From NCBI GenBank assembly GCA_046331705.1, contig JAXLQJ010000059.1:1-45118 (forward strand): DNA of 45,118 nt. The letters are read 5' to 3'. Source of the stretch: a bacterium (lineage in GTDB: Bacteria; JADJOY01). The notes beneath the pieces were generated by a model. It ran no database searches and was not told the origin of the DNA. It saw nothing but the letters and a program-made list of their open reading frames with translations. The position numbers and the translations under genes were made by a program. Below are positions 10,013-18,825 of the stretch, one piece after another; within the stretch, counting starts at the first letter, position 1, and every line of letters begins with the position of its first letter.

Positions 10013-11908
10013 GTGAATCGAACGCGAAGTGCGCGGTGGGTCGTGCTGTCGTCGGTCGCGATGGTCGCGGCGGCATTCGCCGCGCCAGCGGCGCGCGCCA
10101 GCGAGGTGCGCGTGCCGATCGTCTTCGATCACGCGCTCGTGCGCCAGCGGCTCGTGCAGCAGCTCTTCACCGCGCCCGGCGAAGCGATGGATGTGTGGCG
10201 TGACGACAGCGACTGCAACACGCTGGTGCTCACGGACCCGCACGTCGACGGCGCCAACGGTCGCCTGCGAATCACCACCCACGCCGAGGCTCGCGCCGCG
10301 ACCCCGCTCTTCGGCTGGTGCGTGCTCCCCGTCGAGTGGAAAGGCAGCCTCGCGCTTCTCGAGGAAGCGTCGATCGACCCCGCGGGCGCGGTGGTGCGAT
10401 TTCGCGTCGTCGAGTCGAGCGTCTTCGACGAGAAGGGCGAGAAGGGAATCGCCGGTACGATCTGGGACCTGGCCAAGGGTGTCGCGGAACCGCGCTTCGC
10501 CGCCGTGACGCTGGACCTGAGCGGTGCCTTTCGCGAGCTGGCGTCGCTCCTGCCCACGGTGCTGCCCCAGGACGACGCCGCCTGGACGCAGACCGTGGTC
10601 GATTCCTTGCGACTCTCGCGGCTCGATCCGCGCGACGACGGCCTGGCCGCGACGCTCGCCTTCGACGTGCCGGCGCGCGCGCCTGCGCCCGACTCGGCGC
10701 TGCCGAAAGAGGCCGAGCCGGCCCTCACCGACGCGGAGATCGCGGCCTGGGAGCGCTCGTGGCAGCAATGGGACGCGTTCTTCACGTACGTGATCAAGCG
10801 CACCGCGATCGACGCCGATCCGGCCACGGCCGACGAGCTACGCGGCGAGCTCTTCGCGGTGCTGATCGAGGCGCGTCTCGATCTCCTCGAAGCGCTTCGG
10901 CCCACCGAGCCCGGCCAGCCCGATCCGGTGCGGCGGCTCTTCGTGAAGAGCTGGGGGCGGCTCGCGCCGGTGCTGCACCGGATGGTGGCGACCTTGCCGG
11001 GCCAGTCGGGGCTTCAATACCTGAGCTTCATCGCCGCCGCCGATGCGCTCGAGGCGCTCGACGCCCTGGGGCCGGATAGCCCGCTCGATCTCTCCGCGGA
11101 CGGTCTGCGACGCATGGCGCGGATCGTCGGGCCCAAGGACGAGGGCGATCCGCTCGTCTACTCGACCGACGTCGACCCGCAGCTTCGCGAGCTCTTCGGC
11201 TTCGGCCCGGCGATCGAGCCGCCGGACGAGTACCCCGAAGAGGCGCCGCTCGCGTGGCTGTCGCGTTTCTTCGTGGCCACGGCCATGGCCGCCGACAGCG
11301 CAGACGCGACGCTCGGCAAGCGCCTCCATCAATGGGTGCCGAGCGCCGCCGACCTCGACCAGTACCTGCCGGTCATGCGCGAGCTCTTGCAGCAGATCGG
11401 CGCGCGCACGCTCGAGTCGAAGAAGCTCGACCCGCCGTTCGCCGACGTGTACAAGCGCGCGGTCTACGCCACCGCCTGGCAGGAAAGCTGCTGGCGGCAG
11501 TGGGTGAAGGACGGTGGGCGCGTGAAGACCATCGAGTCCGCGGTGGGCTCGGTCGGGCTGATGCAGATCAACAAGGCCGTGTGGCGTGGGGTCTACGACC
11601 TCAAGGGATTGGTGTCCGACGTCGCGTACAACGCGCGCGCCGGTGCCGAGATCCTGATCCACTACCTCGCCGACTACGCGATCCGGAAGGGCGAGCACAG
11701 CGCCACCGGAAACGTCGACAACCTGGCGCGCTCCACCTACGCGATCTACAACGGCGGGCCGGGCCACCTCCGACGTTACCGAGACCCCAAGGAACGCGCG
11801 GACCTCAAGAAGATCGACGAGCTCTTCTGGACCAAGTACCAGGCGGTGAAGGCGGGCCGCGAGCTCGACGTCGCGCAATGCCTGGGCGGAGCCGACTCCG
11901 GCCATTGA
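10013..11908 (+). CDS. Exported protein with C-terminal lytic transglycosylase (SLT) domain
   Basis: GTG start after GGGGAGG and a signal peptide ending ARA-S. SLT motifs AWQESCW (catalytic Glu), GSVGLMQIN and YNGGPG. Confidence 0.85.
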   Translation: MNRTRSARWVVLSSVAMVAAAFAAPAARASEVRVPIVFDHALVRQRLVQQLFTAPGEAMDVWRDDSDCNTLVLTDPHVDGANGRLRITTHAEARAATPLFGWCVLPVEWKGSLALLEEASIDPAGAVVRFRVVESSVFDEKGEKGIAGTIWDLAKGVAEPRFAAVTLDLSGAFRELASLLPTVLPQDDAAWTQTVVDSLRLSRLDPRDDGLAATLAFDVPARAPAPDSALPKEAEPALTDAEIAAWERSWQQWDAFFTYVIKRTAIDADPATADELRGELFAVLIEARLDLLEALRPTEPGQPDPVRRLFVKSWGRLAPVLHRMVATLPGQSGLQYLSFIAAADALEALDALGPDSPLDLSADGLRRMARIVGPKDEGDPLVYSTDVDPQLRELFGFGPAIEPPDEYPEEAPLAWLSRFFVATAMAADSADATLGKRLHQWVPSAADLDQYLPVMRELLQQIGARTLESKKLDPPFADVYKRAVYATAWQESCWRQWVKDGGRVKTIESAVGSVGLMQINKAVWRGVYDLKGLVSDVAYNARAGAEILIHYLADYAIRKGEHSATGNVDNLARSTYAIYNGGPGHLRRYRDPKERADLKKIDELFWTKYQAVKAGRELDVAQCLGGADSGH

Positions 11909-11916
11909 GGCGTGAC

Positions 11917-14346
11917 ATGCGGCGCTGGTTGCCGGTCGTGGTCTGGATGGCGATCGGCACGTCCGCCCGGGCCGAGCCCCTCGATCTCGCGCCCTGGGCG
12001 CGTGTGACTGCGAGCGGCACGCGCAACACGACGTTCGGGCTGTGGCCGCGGGAGAGCGACGACGCGCCCGCGACGGTGCGCGACGGCGATCCCGCGACGT
12101 CGTGGAAGGTGCCTCGCGACGGCGCGACCCTGAGCCTCGACTTCTTCCCGGTGGTGGGCCAGGTGCCGACGCTCGCCCGGGTGCGCGCCACGTGGTCGGT
12201 CGCGCCGACGCGCCCGCCCCGATTGCGCTTGCTCGACGGGTGCGGCGGGGCGCTCGTTCGCGAGCTCTCCTGGGATCGCCCTGGCGAGGAGCTGCGCATC
12301 GAGCCGGCGGCCGTGGCGAGCTGCGTGACGCTGACGGTCCCTGGTGACGGAGCTCCGGCGCTGGCGGAGCTAGGCGTCTTCGCGGCCCCGGTCGCCCTGC
12401 CGCCGCGGATCGCCGACCTGCGCGCCGATCTCGCGAGCGTCGCGCCGGGAGGCGTGCGGTTGCTCTGGAGCGTCGCTGGCGACGGTGCGTCGCCGCACCA
12501 CGTGGACGTCCACTATCTGACCTCGGCGGCCGAGCCGCTCACGACGGCGAATCGTGTCACGCGATCCCACGCCGGCCTGGTGCGCGAGATCACCCTGCCG
12601 GCACGCGCCGCAATCGCCGCGGCGGTGCCGATCGCCGAGGACGGAAGCGCGGGCAGCCCGATCTTCGCCGAGTTGCCGGGGCGCGCTCCCGTGACGCTCG
12701 CGGCGAGCGGCGCCGTCGAGGGCTTCTACGGCCGGCCGTGGTCCCACGACGAGCGCCGCGAGATGATCGTGCGCCTCGCGACCTCCGGGCTCGGCCGCTA
12801 CGTCTACGCGCCCAAGAACGATCCCCTGCACCGCGCCGACTGGCGCACGCCGTACGGCGACGAGGCGCTCGCGCGCTTCACGGAGATCCGGGCGCTGGGC
12901 GAGCGCGTGGGAGTCGTCGTGTCGATGGGGATCAGCCCGGGGCTCGACATCGTCATCGCCGATCCCGCCGACCGCGCGGCGCTCGTCGCCAAGCTGTTGC
13001 CCTTCGTGGCGCGCGGCTTCCGCGACTTCACGCTGCTCCTCGACGACATCGAGGATTCGCTCACCCGGCCGATCGACGCGGCGCTCGGCGCCGAGCACCG
13101 CGACCTCGCCAACGGGCTGCTCGCGTCGCTCGAAGCCGCCGCGGGCGAGCGCGTGTCGCTCGCGCTCGTGCCCACCGTCTATTCGACCGAGCGCCAGCGG
13201 CGCTTCGCCGGCGGCGATGGATACCTCGATGCGCTGCGCTCCCTCGACCCTTCGATCGAGGTGATGTGGACGGGCACCGACACGCTGAGCCCCACACTTT
13301 CCGCAGCCGATCTCGCGGACGTGACCCGGCGTCTCGGGCGCGCGGTGGTGATCTGGGACAACGAGCACGCCAACGACGGCGGCGATCTCTTCTTCGGCAA
13401 GATCTGGCTCGCTCCGTTCGGCAATCGCTCCTCCGATCTGCGCGGCGCCACACGCGGCCTGCTCGCCAACCCGATGATCCAGGGCTCGCTCGATCGCCTG
13501 GTGCTCCCCACCTACGCGGGTTTCCTGGCGCGCGGCGAGGACCCGTACTACGCGCGGCGGCGCGCCGTGGAGATGGAGCTCGGCACCGGATCGTACTCCG
13601 AGGTGCTGGGCCGGCTCATGGACATGTTCCTCGGCCACGGCGCTCAGCATCCCGAAGGCGTCGCCACGCCCATCGATGCGCCCATGGAAGCGGCCATCCA
13701 AGGCTTCCGCGACGCGCTGCCGTTCGGCGGCCGCAAGGCCGTGGCGCTGGCTGGCGGGAAGCTGGCGCGCGTGGCGGCCGAGATGGCCACCGTCCACGAG
13801 GCGCTCGCGTGGAGCGATCTCGCCCCCGATCTCGTGGACGACCTCTGGTATCCGACCGAGCGCTTCGTTCACGAGGGGCGGGCCCTGCTCGAGATCCTCG
13901 ACTTCGCGCGCGCGTCCTTGGCGGGCTGGCCAGCCGACGCCGAATCGCTGGCGGCGGCGAAGGAGCAACTGCACCGGGCGCTGCTCGATCGCTTCCAGAC
14001 CAGCCCGCTGGTGGTCCAGTATCTGGAGTGGACGCTCGAGCAAGACCCACCCCGGGCGCGGAACGTCACGGCGCCCGCGATCGGGCGGCCGCCGGCGCGG
14101 GCGAAGGTGGGCGAGGTCGTCGAATGGTGGGTCACGCCGGGAGCGGCGCGCGTCGACGTGTACGGCATCCCGTTTCTCTACACCGGCTCGATCGGCGCCG
14201 AAGCCTCGCTCTCGAGCGACGCGCGCGCCGGGGGCACGCGGCTCGGCGGCGCGCCGTTCGCGCCGGGCCACTACCGCGGGGTGGTGGTCGTGAGCGACGA
14301 TCACGGCTGGAACTGGCGCGACGTCCACATCGTGGTCACGCGCTGA
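11917..14346 (+). CDS. GH84 beta-N-acetylglucosaminidase (O-GlcNAcase/hyaluronidase-like) with N-terminal F5/8-type-C-like module
   Basis: Signal peptide MRRWLPVVVWMAIGTSARA. GH84 motifs GAVEGFYGRPWSH, YVYAPKNDPLHR, ISPGLD, LLLDDI (catalytic DD), VMWTG and IWDN. The upstream extension in the ORF track is a shadow of the SLT gene. Confidence 0.85.
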   Translation: MRRWLPVVVWMAIGTSARAEPLDLAPWARVTASGTRNTTFGLWPRESDDAPATVRDGDPATSWKVPRDGATLSLDFFPVVGQVPTLARVRATWSVAPTRPPRLRLLDGCGGALVRELSWDRPGEELRIEPAAVASCVTLTVPGDGAPALAELGVFAAPVALPPRIADLRADLASVAPGGVRLLWSVAGDGASPHHVDVHYLTSAAEPLTTANRVTRSHAGLVREITLPARAAIAAAVPIAEDGSAGSPIFAELPGRAPVTLAASGAVEGFYGRPWSHDERREMIVRLATSGLGRYVYAPKNDPLHRADWRTPYGDEALARFTEIRALGERVGVVVSMGISPGLDIVIADPADRAALVAKLLPFVARGFRDFTLLLDDIEDSLTRPIDAALGAEHRDLANGLLASLEAAAGERVSLALVPTVYSTERQRRFAGGDGYLDALRSLDPSIEVMWTGTDTLSPTLSAADLADVTRRLGRAVVIWDNEHANDGGDLFFGKIWLAPFGNRSSDLRGATRGLLANPMIQGSLDRLVLPTYAGFLARGEDPYYARRRAVEMELGTGSYSEVLGRLMDMFLGHGAQHPEGVATPIDAPMEAAIQGFRDALPFGGRKAVALAGGKLARVAAEMATVHEALAWSDLAPDLVDDLWYPTERFVHEGRALLEILDFARASLAGWPADAESLAAAKEQLHRALLDRFQTSPLVVQYLEWTLEQDPPRARNVTAPAIGRPPARAKVGEVVEWWVTPGAARVDVYGIPFLYTGSIGAEASLSSDARAGGTRLGGAPFAPGHYRGVVVVSDDHGWNWRDVHIVVTR

Positions 14347-14377
14347 GCTCTCCGTGCCGAGCCCTGGGAGGAACGCG

Positions 14378-15415
14378 ATGCGAGTCCGCGAGCTCAATCG
14401 ATCCAAGTGCAAGACGTACCTGGTCTCGTGCGACGAGACGCGCCAGGCGCTCTTGATCGATCCGCTGCGCGAGCGGATCGATCGCTACCTGGCGGTGCTC
14501 GCCTACGATCGGCTGACGCTGAGCTTGGTGGTGGACACCCACACCCATGCGGACCACCGCAGCGCGGCCCTCGACCTCCGTGAGCTGGTGGGCTCGAAGA
14601 CCGTGATGCACCGAGCCGCGCCCTCGCCGCACGTGGACATCCACGTCGACGACGAGGACACGATCGCCGTGGGAGACGAAGAGCTCACGGTGCTCGCGAC
14701 ACCGGGCCACACGCCCGACAGCCTCTGTCTCGTCGGTGGTGGTTACGCCTTCACCGGCGACACGCTGCTGATCCGCGGCACCGGTCGCGCGGACTTCCAA
14801 GGCGGCGACGCCGGCGCCCAGTGGGACGGCATCACCCACAAGCTCTTCACGCTCCCCGACGACACCCTCGTGTTGCCCGCCCACGACTATCGCGGCAACA
14901 CCCGCTCGACCATCGGCGAAGAGAAGCGCGCGAACCCGCGGCTCGCCGGCAAGACCCGCGAGCAATACGTGGACATCATGGCGAGTCTGGGCCTGCCGCT
15001 GCCCGACAAGATCCAGGAGGTCTTGCAGCCCAACCAGACGGCGCTCGACGACGACCGCGTGAAGTTCCCGACGCTCGCCGAGCTCAATCAGGTGGGCCAG
15101 CTCAGCCCCACGGAAGTCCATGCCATCGTCACCAGCGGCGGACAGCCGCTGCTGCTCGACGTGCGCGAGCCCGAGGAGCGCAGCGACGAGCTCGGGCACA
15201 TCGCGGGCAGCGTGTTGGTGCCGCTGCGCGATCTGCCGTTTCGCGCCAGCGAGCTCGAGCGCTGGACGCGCGAGCACGTGATCGCCATCTGCCGCTCCGG
15301 TGTACGCAGCACCACGGCGGCGGCCATTCTCACCGGGCTCGGCTTCGAGCACGTGTCCAACCTGAAGGGCGGCATGGTTTCGTGGGTGGACGCGGGATTG
15401 CCCACCGAGCGCTGA
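14378..15415 (+). CDS. MBL-fold persulfide dioxygenase (ETHE1-like) fused to rhodanese
   Basis: GGGAGG RBS. DTHTHADH, TPGHTP, FTGDTLLIRGTGRADF and PAHDY motifs, then a C-terminal rhodanese with LLDVREPEE and CRSGVRS. Confidence 0.9.
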   Translation: MRVRELNRSKCKTYLVSCDETRQALLIDPLRERIDRYLAVLAYDRLTLSLVVDTHTHADHRSAALDLRELVGSKTVMHRAAPSPHVDIHVDDEDTIAVGDEELTVLATPGHTPDSLCLVGGGYAFTGDTLLIRGTGRADFQGGDAGAQWDGITHKLFTLPDDTLVLPAHDYRGNTRSTIGEEKRANPRLAGKTREQYVDIMASLGLPLPDKIQEVLQPNQTALDDDRVKFPTLAELNQVGQLSPTEVHAIVTSGGQPLLLDVREPEERSDELGHIAGSVLVPLRDLPFRASELERWTREHVIAICRSGVRSTTAAAILTGLGFEHVSNLKGGMVSWVDAGLPTER

Positions 15416-15476
15416 ACACCCGATCGCTGACCGCCGGACCGCCACCCCCGCGCCGCGCCGCACCGGAGACTTCGCG

Positions 15477-16115
15477 ATGACCTTCCCGACGCTCGATGCC
15501 TGCACGACGCGCGCGCTGATCCTGATGGGTGCCGCGGGCTGGGGCCTGCTCTTCATCACGGCGGACACGCTCAAGCAGTCGCGGGCGCTCTTCGGCATCG
15601 CGAAGATCGTCACCACGCTGACGATCGGCTGTTTGCTGCTGGTCCCGAGCCCTGCCGAGCCGTGGAGATTGGCGGCGATGGCGGCGGGGATCGTGCTCGG
15701 TACCCTCGGCGACGCGTTTCTGCTCGAGCCGAAGCGCTTCTTCGTGGCGGGTCTCGCGTCGTTCCTCGTGGGACACCTCGCCTACATCGCCGGGTTCTGG
15801 TCGCCGCGCTGGTCCGTGCTGCCGCTGGTGCTGCTCTTGGCCGGCGGCGGCTCGGTGCTCTTCGCGATCCGCTCGCAGGTCGGAAAGCTCCTGGTCCCCG
15901 TGGTCGCTTACATGCTCGTGCTCACGTTCATGGCGTGGAAGGCCTGGAACTGGAGCCCGTTCGCCGGCATCGGCGCCACGTTCTTCGTCGTCAGCGACGG
16001 CCTCATCGCCATCGACAAGTTCGCTGCCCCAGTGCCGGCGCGGAGCCTCGCGATCAACGGTACCTACTGGATCGCCCAAGCCCTGCTGGTGCTGGGAGCG
16101 ACCGGCCAGGGTTGA
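15477..16115 (+). CDS. Lysoplasmalogenase / YhhN family membrane protein
   Basis: Multi-TM protein with LGDAFLL, FVAGLASFLVGHLAYI, FVVSDGLIA and TYWIAQ motifs. Confidence 0.85.
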   Translation: MTFPTLDACTTRALILMGAAGWGLLFITADTLKQSRALFGIAKIVTTLTIGCLLLVPSPAEPWRLAAMAAGIVLGTLGDAFLLEPKRFFVAGLASFLVGHLAYIAGFWSPRWSVLPLVLLLAGGGSVLFAIRSQVGKLLVPVVAYMLVLTFMAWKAWNWSPFAGIGATFFVVSDGLIAIDKFAAPVPARSLAINGTYWIAQALLVLGATGQG

Positions 16116-16167
16116 GCATGCGCTCGTTTCGCCTCGCCCGACGGCTCTCGCGGTTGGTCTGTGCGGC

Positions 16168-16842
16168 TCAGCGGCTCGCGCCCTTCTTGAGGGCGGTGTA
16201 GGACTGGACGAGCTTGGCCTCGATGGCGCTCCACGAGGGCGTTTGCCCGCGCGCTGCTTCCTTGTCGCGCTGGTTGGCGGCTTCGGCGCGCAGCAAGCCC
16301 GCGCGATCGATGTCCGGGTTGCGCTTGCCGTAGAGGAGCGAATACAGGTCGGCGATGAGCCGGCCGACGTTCTGGGGCGCGTTCTCGCCCGGCGATCGCC
16401 GCGCCAGCCACCACGCGAGCTCGGCCTTGGCGGCCGCATTCGGGTCCCAGGTCGCACCGGTGACCTTGGCCATGCGCGTGTAGCCTTCGACGAGGGCGGG
16501 GAGCACGTCGCGCTCGTAGTTCTCGTGGACGTTCGAGAACGTCGCGGCGGCGCGCGCCAGCGGTTCGCCGATGGCGAGCGCGTCGTTCGCCGACACCCCC
16601 AGCTCGCTCATCTGCAGCGCCAGCATCTCGCGTCCCAGGGTCAGGACGTCGCCGCCGTAATAGGCCCGCCACATGCGGGTTTCGGATTGGCCGACCGCCT
16701 TGGGATCGAAGTCGATGCGGCTCGCACCGCTCGAGAGCGCCACGCCGACGGCGACGGCGAAGAGCGCGGTGAACGCCGCCGCGCGCAGCGAGACGCGGCG
16801 CACGGGCGGAGGTGGGCGTCGGGCGGGGCGGCGGCTGGGCAT
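16168..16842 (-). CDS. Hypothetical membrane-anchored/exported protein
   Basis: Hydrophobic N-terminal segment followed by a helical domain (FDPKAVGQSETRMWRAYY...AAKAELAWW). Start codon uncertain. Confidence 0.65.
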   Translation of the reverse strand: MPSRRPARRPPPPVRRVSLRAAAFTALFAVAVGVALSSGASRIDFDPKAVGQSETRMWRAYYGGDVLTLGREMLALQMSELGVSANDALAIGEPLARAAATFSNVHENYERDVLPALVEGYTRMAKVTGATWDPNAAAKAELAWWLARRSPGENAPQNVGRLIADLYSLLYGKRNPDIDRAGLLRAEAANQRDKEAARGQTPSWSAIEAKLVQSYTALKKGASR

Positions 16843-16956
16843 GGTCGGCCTCTCGGAACCTGCGAGGGAGCGCGACCCTGGGATCGCGCACGGCTGTGCA
16901 GGTTTCGAGGATAGCCGCCGAGCCGGCGGCAGCGAGCCGCGCATCGCGGCGCCCAG

Positions 16957-16997
16957 AAAAAGCAAAGGGTCGCTTCCCAGAGCCTGGGAAGCGACCC
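16957..16997 (-). terminator. Rho-independent terminator
   Basis: 14-bp perfect stem GGGTCGCTTCCCAG/CTGGGAAGCGACCC with a 3-nt loop, followed on the minus strand by TTTGCTTTTT. Confidence 0.8.
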
Positions 16998-17099
16998 CGA
17001 AGGGACAGGAGAGAGGGAAGCTAGGTCACGAGCGAAACCGGCCTATCCGATCCAACCCGTGCGGGAACCCACAGTCGCCCAAGCATCGCCCGCCCACGG
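16957..17099 (-). ncRNA. Candidate sigma54-dependent small RNA (~140 nt)
   Basis: Bounded by a -24/-12 promoter (17110-17126) and a terminator (16957-16997). Contains a pyrimidine anti-SD tract CUUCCCUCUCUCCUGUCCCUU. No family assignment possible. Confidence 0.5.
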
Positions 17100-17109
17100 C
17101 GTTGTCACC

Positions 17110-17126
17110 AGCAAGTGCCTTGCCAA
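17110..17126 (-). promoter_or_regulatory. sigma54 (-24/-12) promoter
   Basis: Minus strand reads TTGGCAAGGCACTTGCT against consensus YTGGCACG-N4-TTGCW, with exact GG-N10-GC spacing. Confidence 0.65.
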
Positions 17127-17186
17127 TCGTCGGCGAGGAAAAAAGTGAACGACTTTGGGGTGAGAACCGAAGCCCTGGTGGGCCGA

Positions 17187-17238
17187 TGGTTCGAGAATGA
17201 AACGGATTTGGCCCGATCGCCGTTCGATTCCCGAACCA
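17187..17238. promoter_or_regulatory. Imperfect inverted repeat (possible enhancer-binding-protein UAS or 3' hairpin of the upstream gene)
   Basis: TGGTTCGAGAATGAAACGG ... CCGTTCGATTCCCGAACCA, 16 of 19 positions complementary, about 90-140 nt upstream of the predicted sigma54 start site. Confidence 0.4.
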
Positions 17239-17260
17239 GCGGGTTTCCATTCGGTGGCGC

Positions 17261-18712
17261 TCAAGGGCCAAGAAGGCCCGATGGCACTGGTACTTCAGCA
17301 CCAAATAGCTCGCGAACTGCACCGGTCAGAGTTGGCCCGGTCTGCGGACCGACCGACATGGATTGCTCGTAGGCGTAGGTATCGTCCTGGAATTCCTGTG
17401 CCCCCATGATGTAGCCGAGCTCGTCGGTGGCGAGGCCGAAGATGAAGGGATAGGGCGTGGCCAGCCAGTCCTTGTAGAGGAATCCCAGGCTCGGGAAGAT
17501 CTCCCCGGGAACGGTGAGGATTCGCGCCGGGCCGAGGTCCACGCGATGGACCTCCGCGCGGAAGCGCTCGTCGCGCACGGGGCGGTCGGCCAGGTCGACG
17601 ATGCCGAGCGACGTGACGGTCTCGAAGATGGTGTTGTCGAGCTCGAGCCAGATGTCGCGCTCGCTGTGCGCGAGCGCCACGTCGCTGGGACCGAGCGGCG
17701 CCGAGCCGGCGGCGATGGCCTCCTCGGCGATCCGCGCCAGCGTCTCGCCGACCTCGTCCACGAACGCCACGCGCTTCGAGAAATCCTCGTACTCGTCGCG
17801 CTTGTCCCAGCGATTCGGGTACGGGATCACCATCCCGCCGATGGCGCCGGGCACGAAGATCGGCACCGAGCCGGGATTGCGCTTCTCGAGCGCGCGGTAG
17901 AGCCTGCCGGGGAAGTCGGCCGAGAGCTTCGTGTTGTTCTCGAAGAGTGCCTCCGCGTGGCAGTCGTAGTTGACCAGCGTCGCGATGCGCTTGCCGTCCA
18001 CGGTCTCGGCGGCGAGCACCGTCATCTGGTTGTCCTTGCGATGGGGGTCGTCCGGGAACCACAGGTTGGCCGAGATCCCCTCCGGCACGGTGGCGGCGCC
18101 AAAGCGCAGCCGCGCCGGGCGGGCGCTCGTCACCGCGCGGGCGATCGCGTCCGCCACCTGAGCGCGCATCCACGCCATGTAGTCGCGGTCCTTCCCGGAC
18201 GCGACGGGCAGCAAGAGCCCCGGGCCCCAATAACCCATGGTGTCCGGCCCCTCGTGGTTGTGGGTCGAACCGACGATCACGCGCTCCGGGTGGGTGCGCG
18301 TCACGAGCGCGCGAATCCCGCGCACCTCGTCGTTGAGCAGCCCCACGAAGTCGAGCCACGCGAGCACCACCCACTCCGAGCCGTTGTCGAGATAGAGCAC
18401 GTGGCCGAGCACCGGATCGAGAACGCCGTCCGAGCTGCGTCCGGGGCCGAAGCCGGCGATGTACACGTCGCCCGCCGCGGCTTTCTCGTAGGGCGTGAGA
18501 TCCACCAGCGCCGCGCCCACCAGAAGCTCGCCGCCGGGGCGCGGTGGGATCGCGTCGAGCGCCAGCACCGATCGCCCGGCGGTCGCCGTGAGCGCCATCG
18601 CCTCCGGTGACGGACCCTTCTTCGCGCAGCCCGCGAGCGCGAGGGCGAGTCCGAGCAAGATCGCACTGGCCACGAGCCCGAGACGGGGCTCCGTCCGCGT
18701 GTCGCTTCGCAT
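17261..18712 (-). CDS. Neutral/alkaline non-lysosomal ceramidase N-terminal-domain family lipoprotein
   Basis: Lipobox LALAGC. Motifs STHNHEGPDT, LVNYDCHAE, LSADFPG, VPGEIFP and GLATDELGYI. Start at MRSDTR (18712). Confidence 0.75.
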   Translation of the reverse strand: MRSDTRTEPRLGLVASAILLGLALALAGCAKKGPSPEAMALTATAGRSVLALDAIPPRPGGELLVGAALVDLTPYEKAAAGDVYIAGFGPGRSSDGVLDPVLGHVLYLDNGSEWVVLAWLDFVGLLNDEVRGIRALVTRTHPERVIVGSTHNHEGPDTMGYWGPGLLLPVASGKDRDYMAWMRAQVADAIARAVTSARPARLRFGAATVPEGISANLWFPDDPHRKDNQMTVLAAETVDGKRIATLVNYDCHAEALFENNTKLSADFPGRLYRALEKRNPGSVPIFVPGAIGGMVIPYPNRWDKRDEYEDFSKRVAFVDEVGETLARIAEEAIAAGSAPLGPSDVALAHSERDIWLELDNTIFETVTSLGIVDLADRPVRDERFRAEVHRVDLGPARILTVPGEIFPSLGFLYKDWLATPYPFIFGLATDELGYIMGAQEFQDDTYAYEQSMSVGPQTGPTLTGAVRELFGAEVPVPSGLLGP

Positions 18713-18825
18713 GTCGACTCCGTCCAGCCCCGAGAAAGAGAGGTGCTCGAGGTTCGGACCGTGATAGGGAAAGGGCGGCGCAGGGTCAAGCGACGTCACT
18801 CCGCGCCCACCCCGACTCCTCCGGC

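Noticed and set aside
11254-11916. N-terminal extension of the GH84 ORF
   Set aside because: Overlaps the SLT gene out of frame. The signal peptide starts at 11917.
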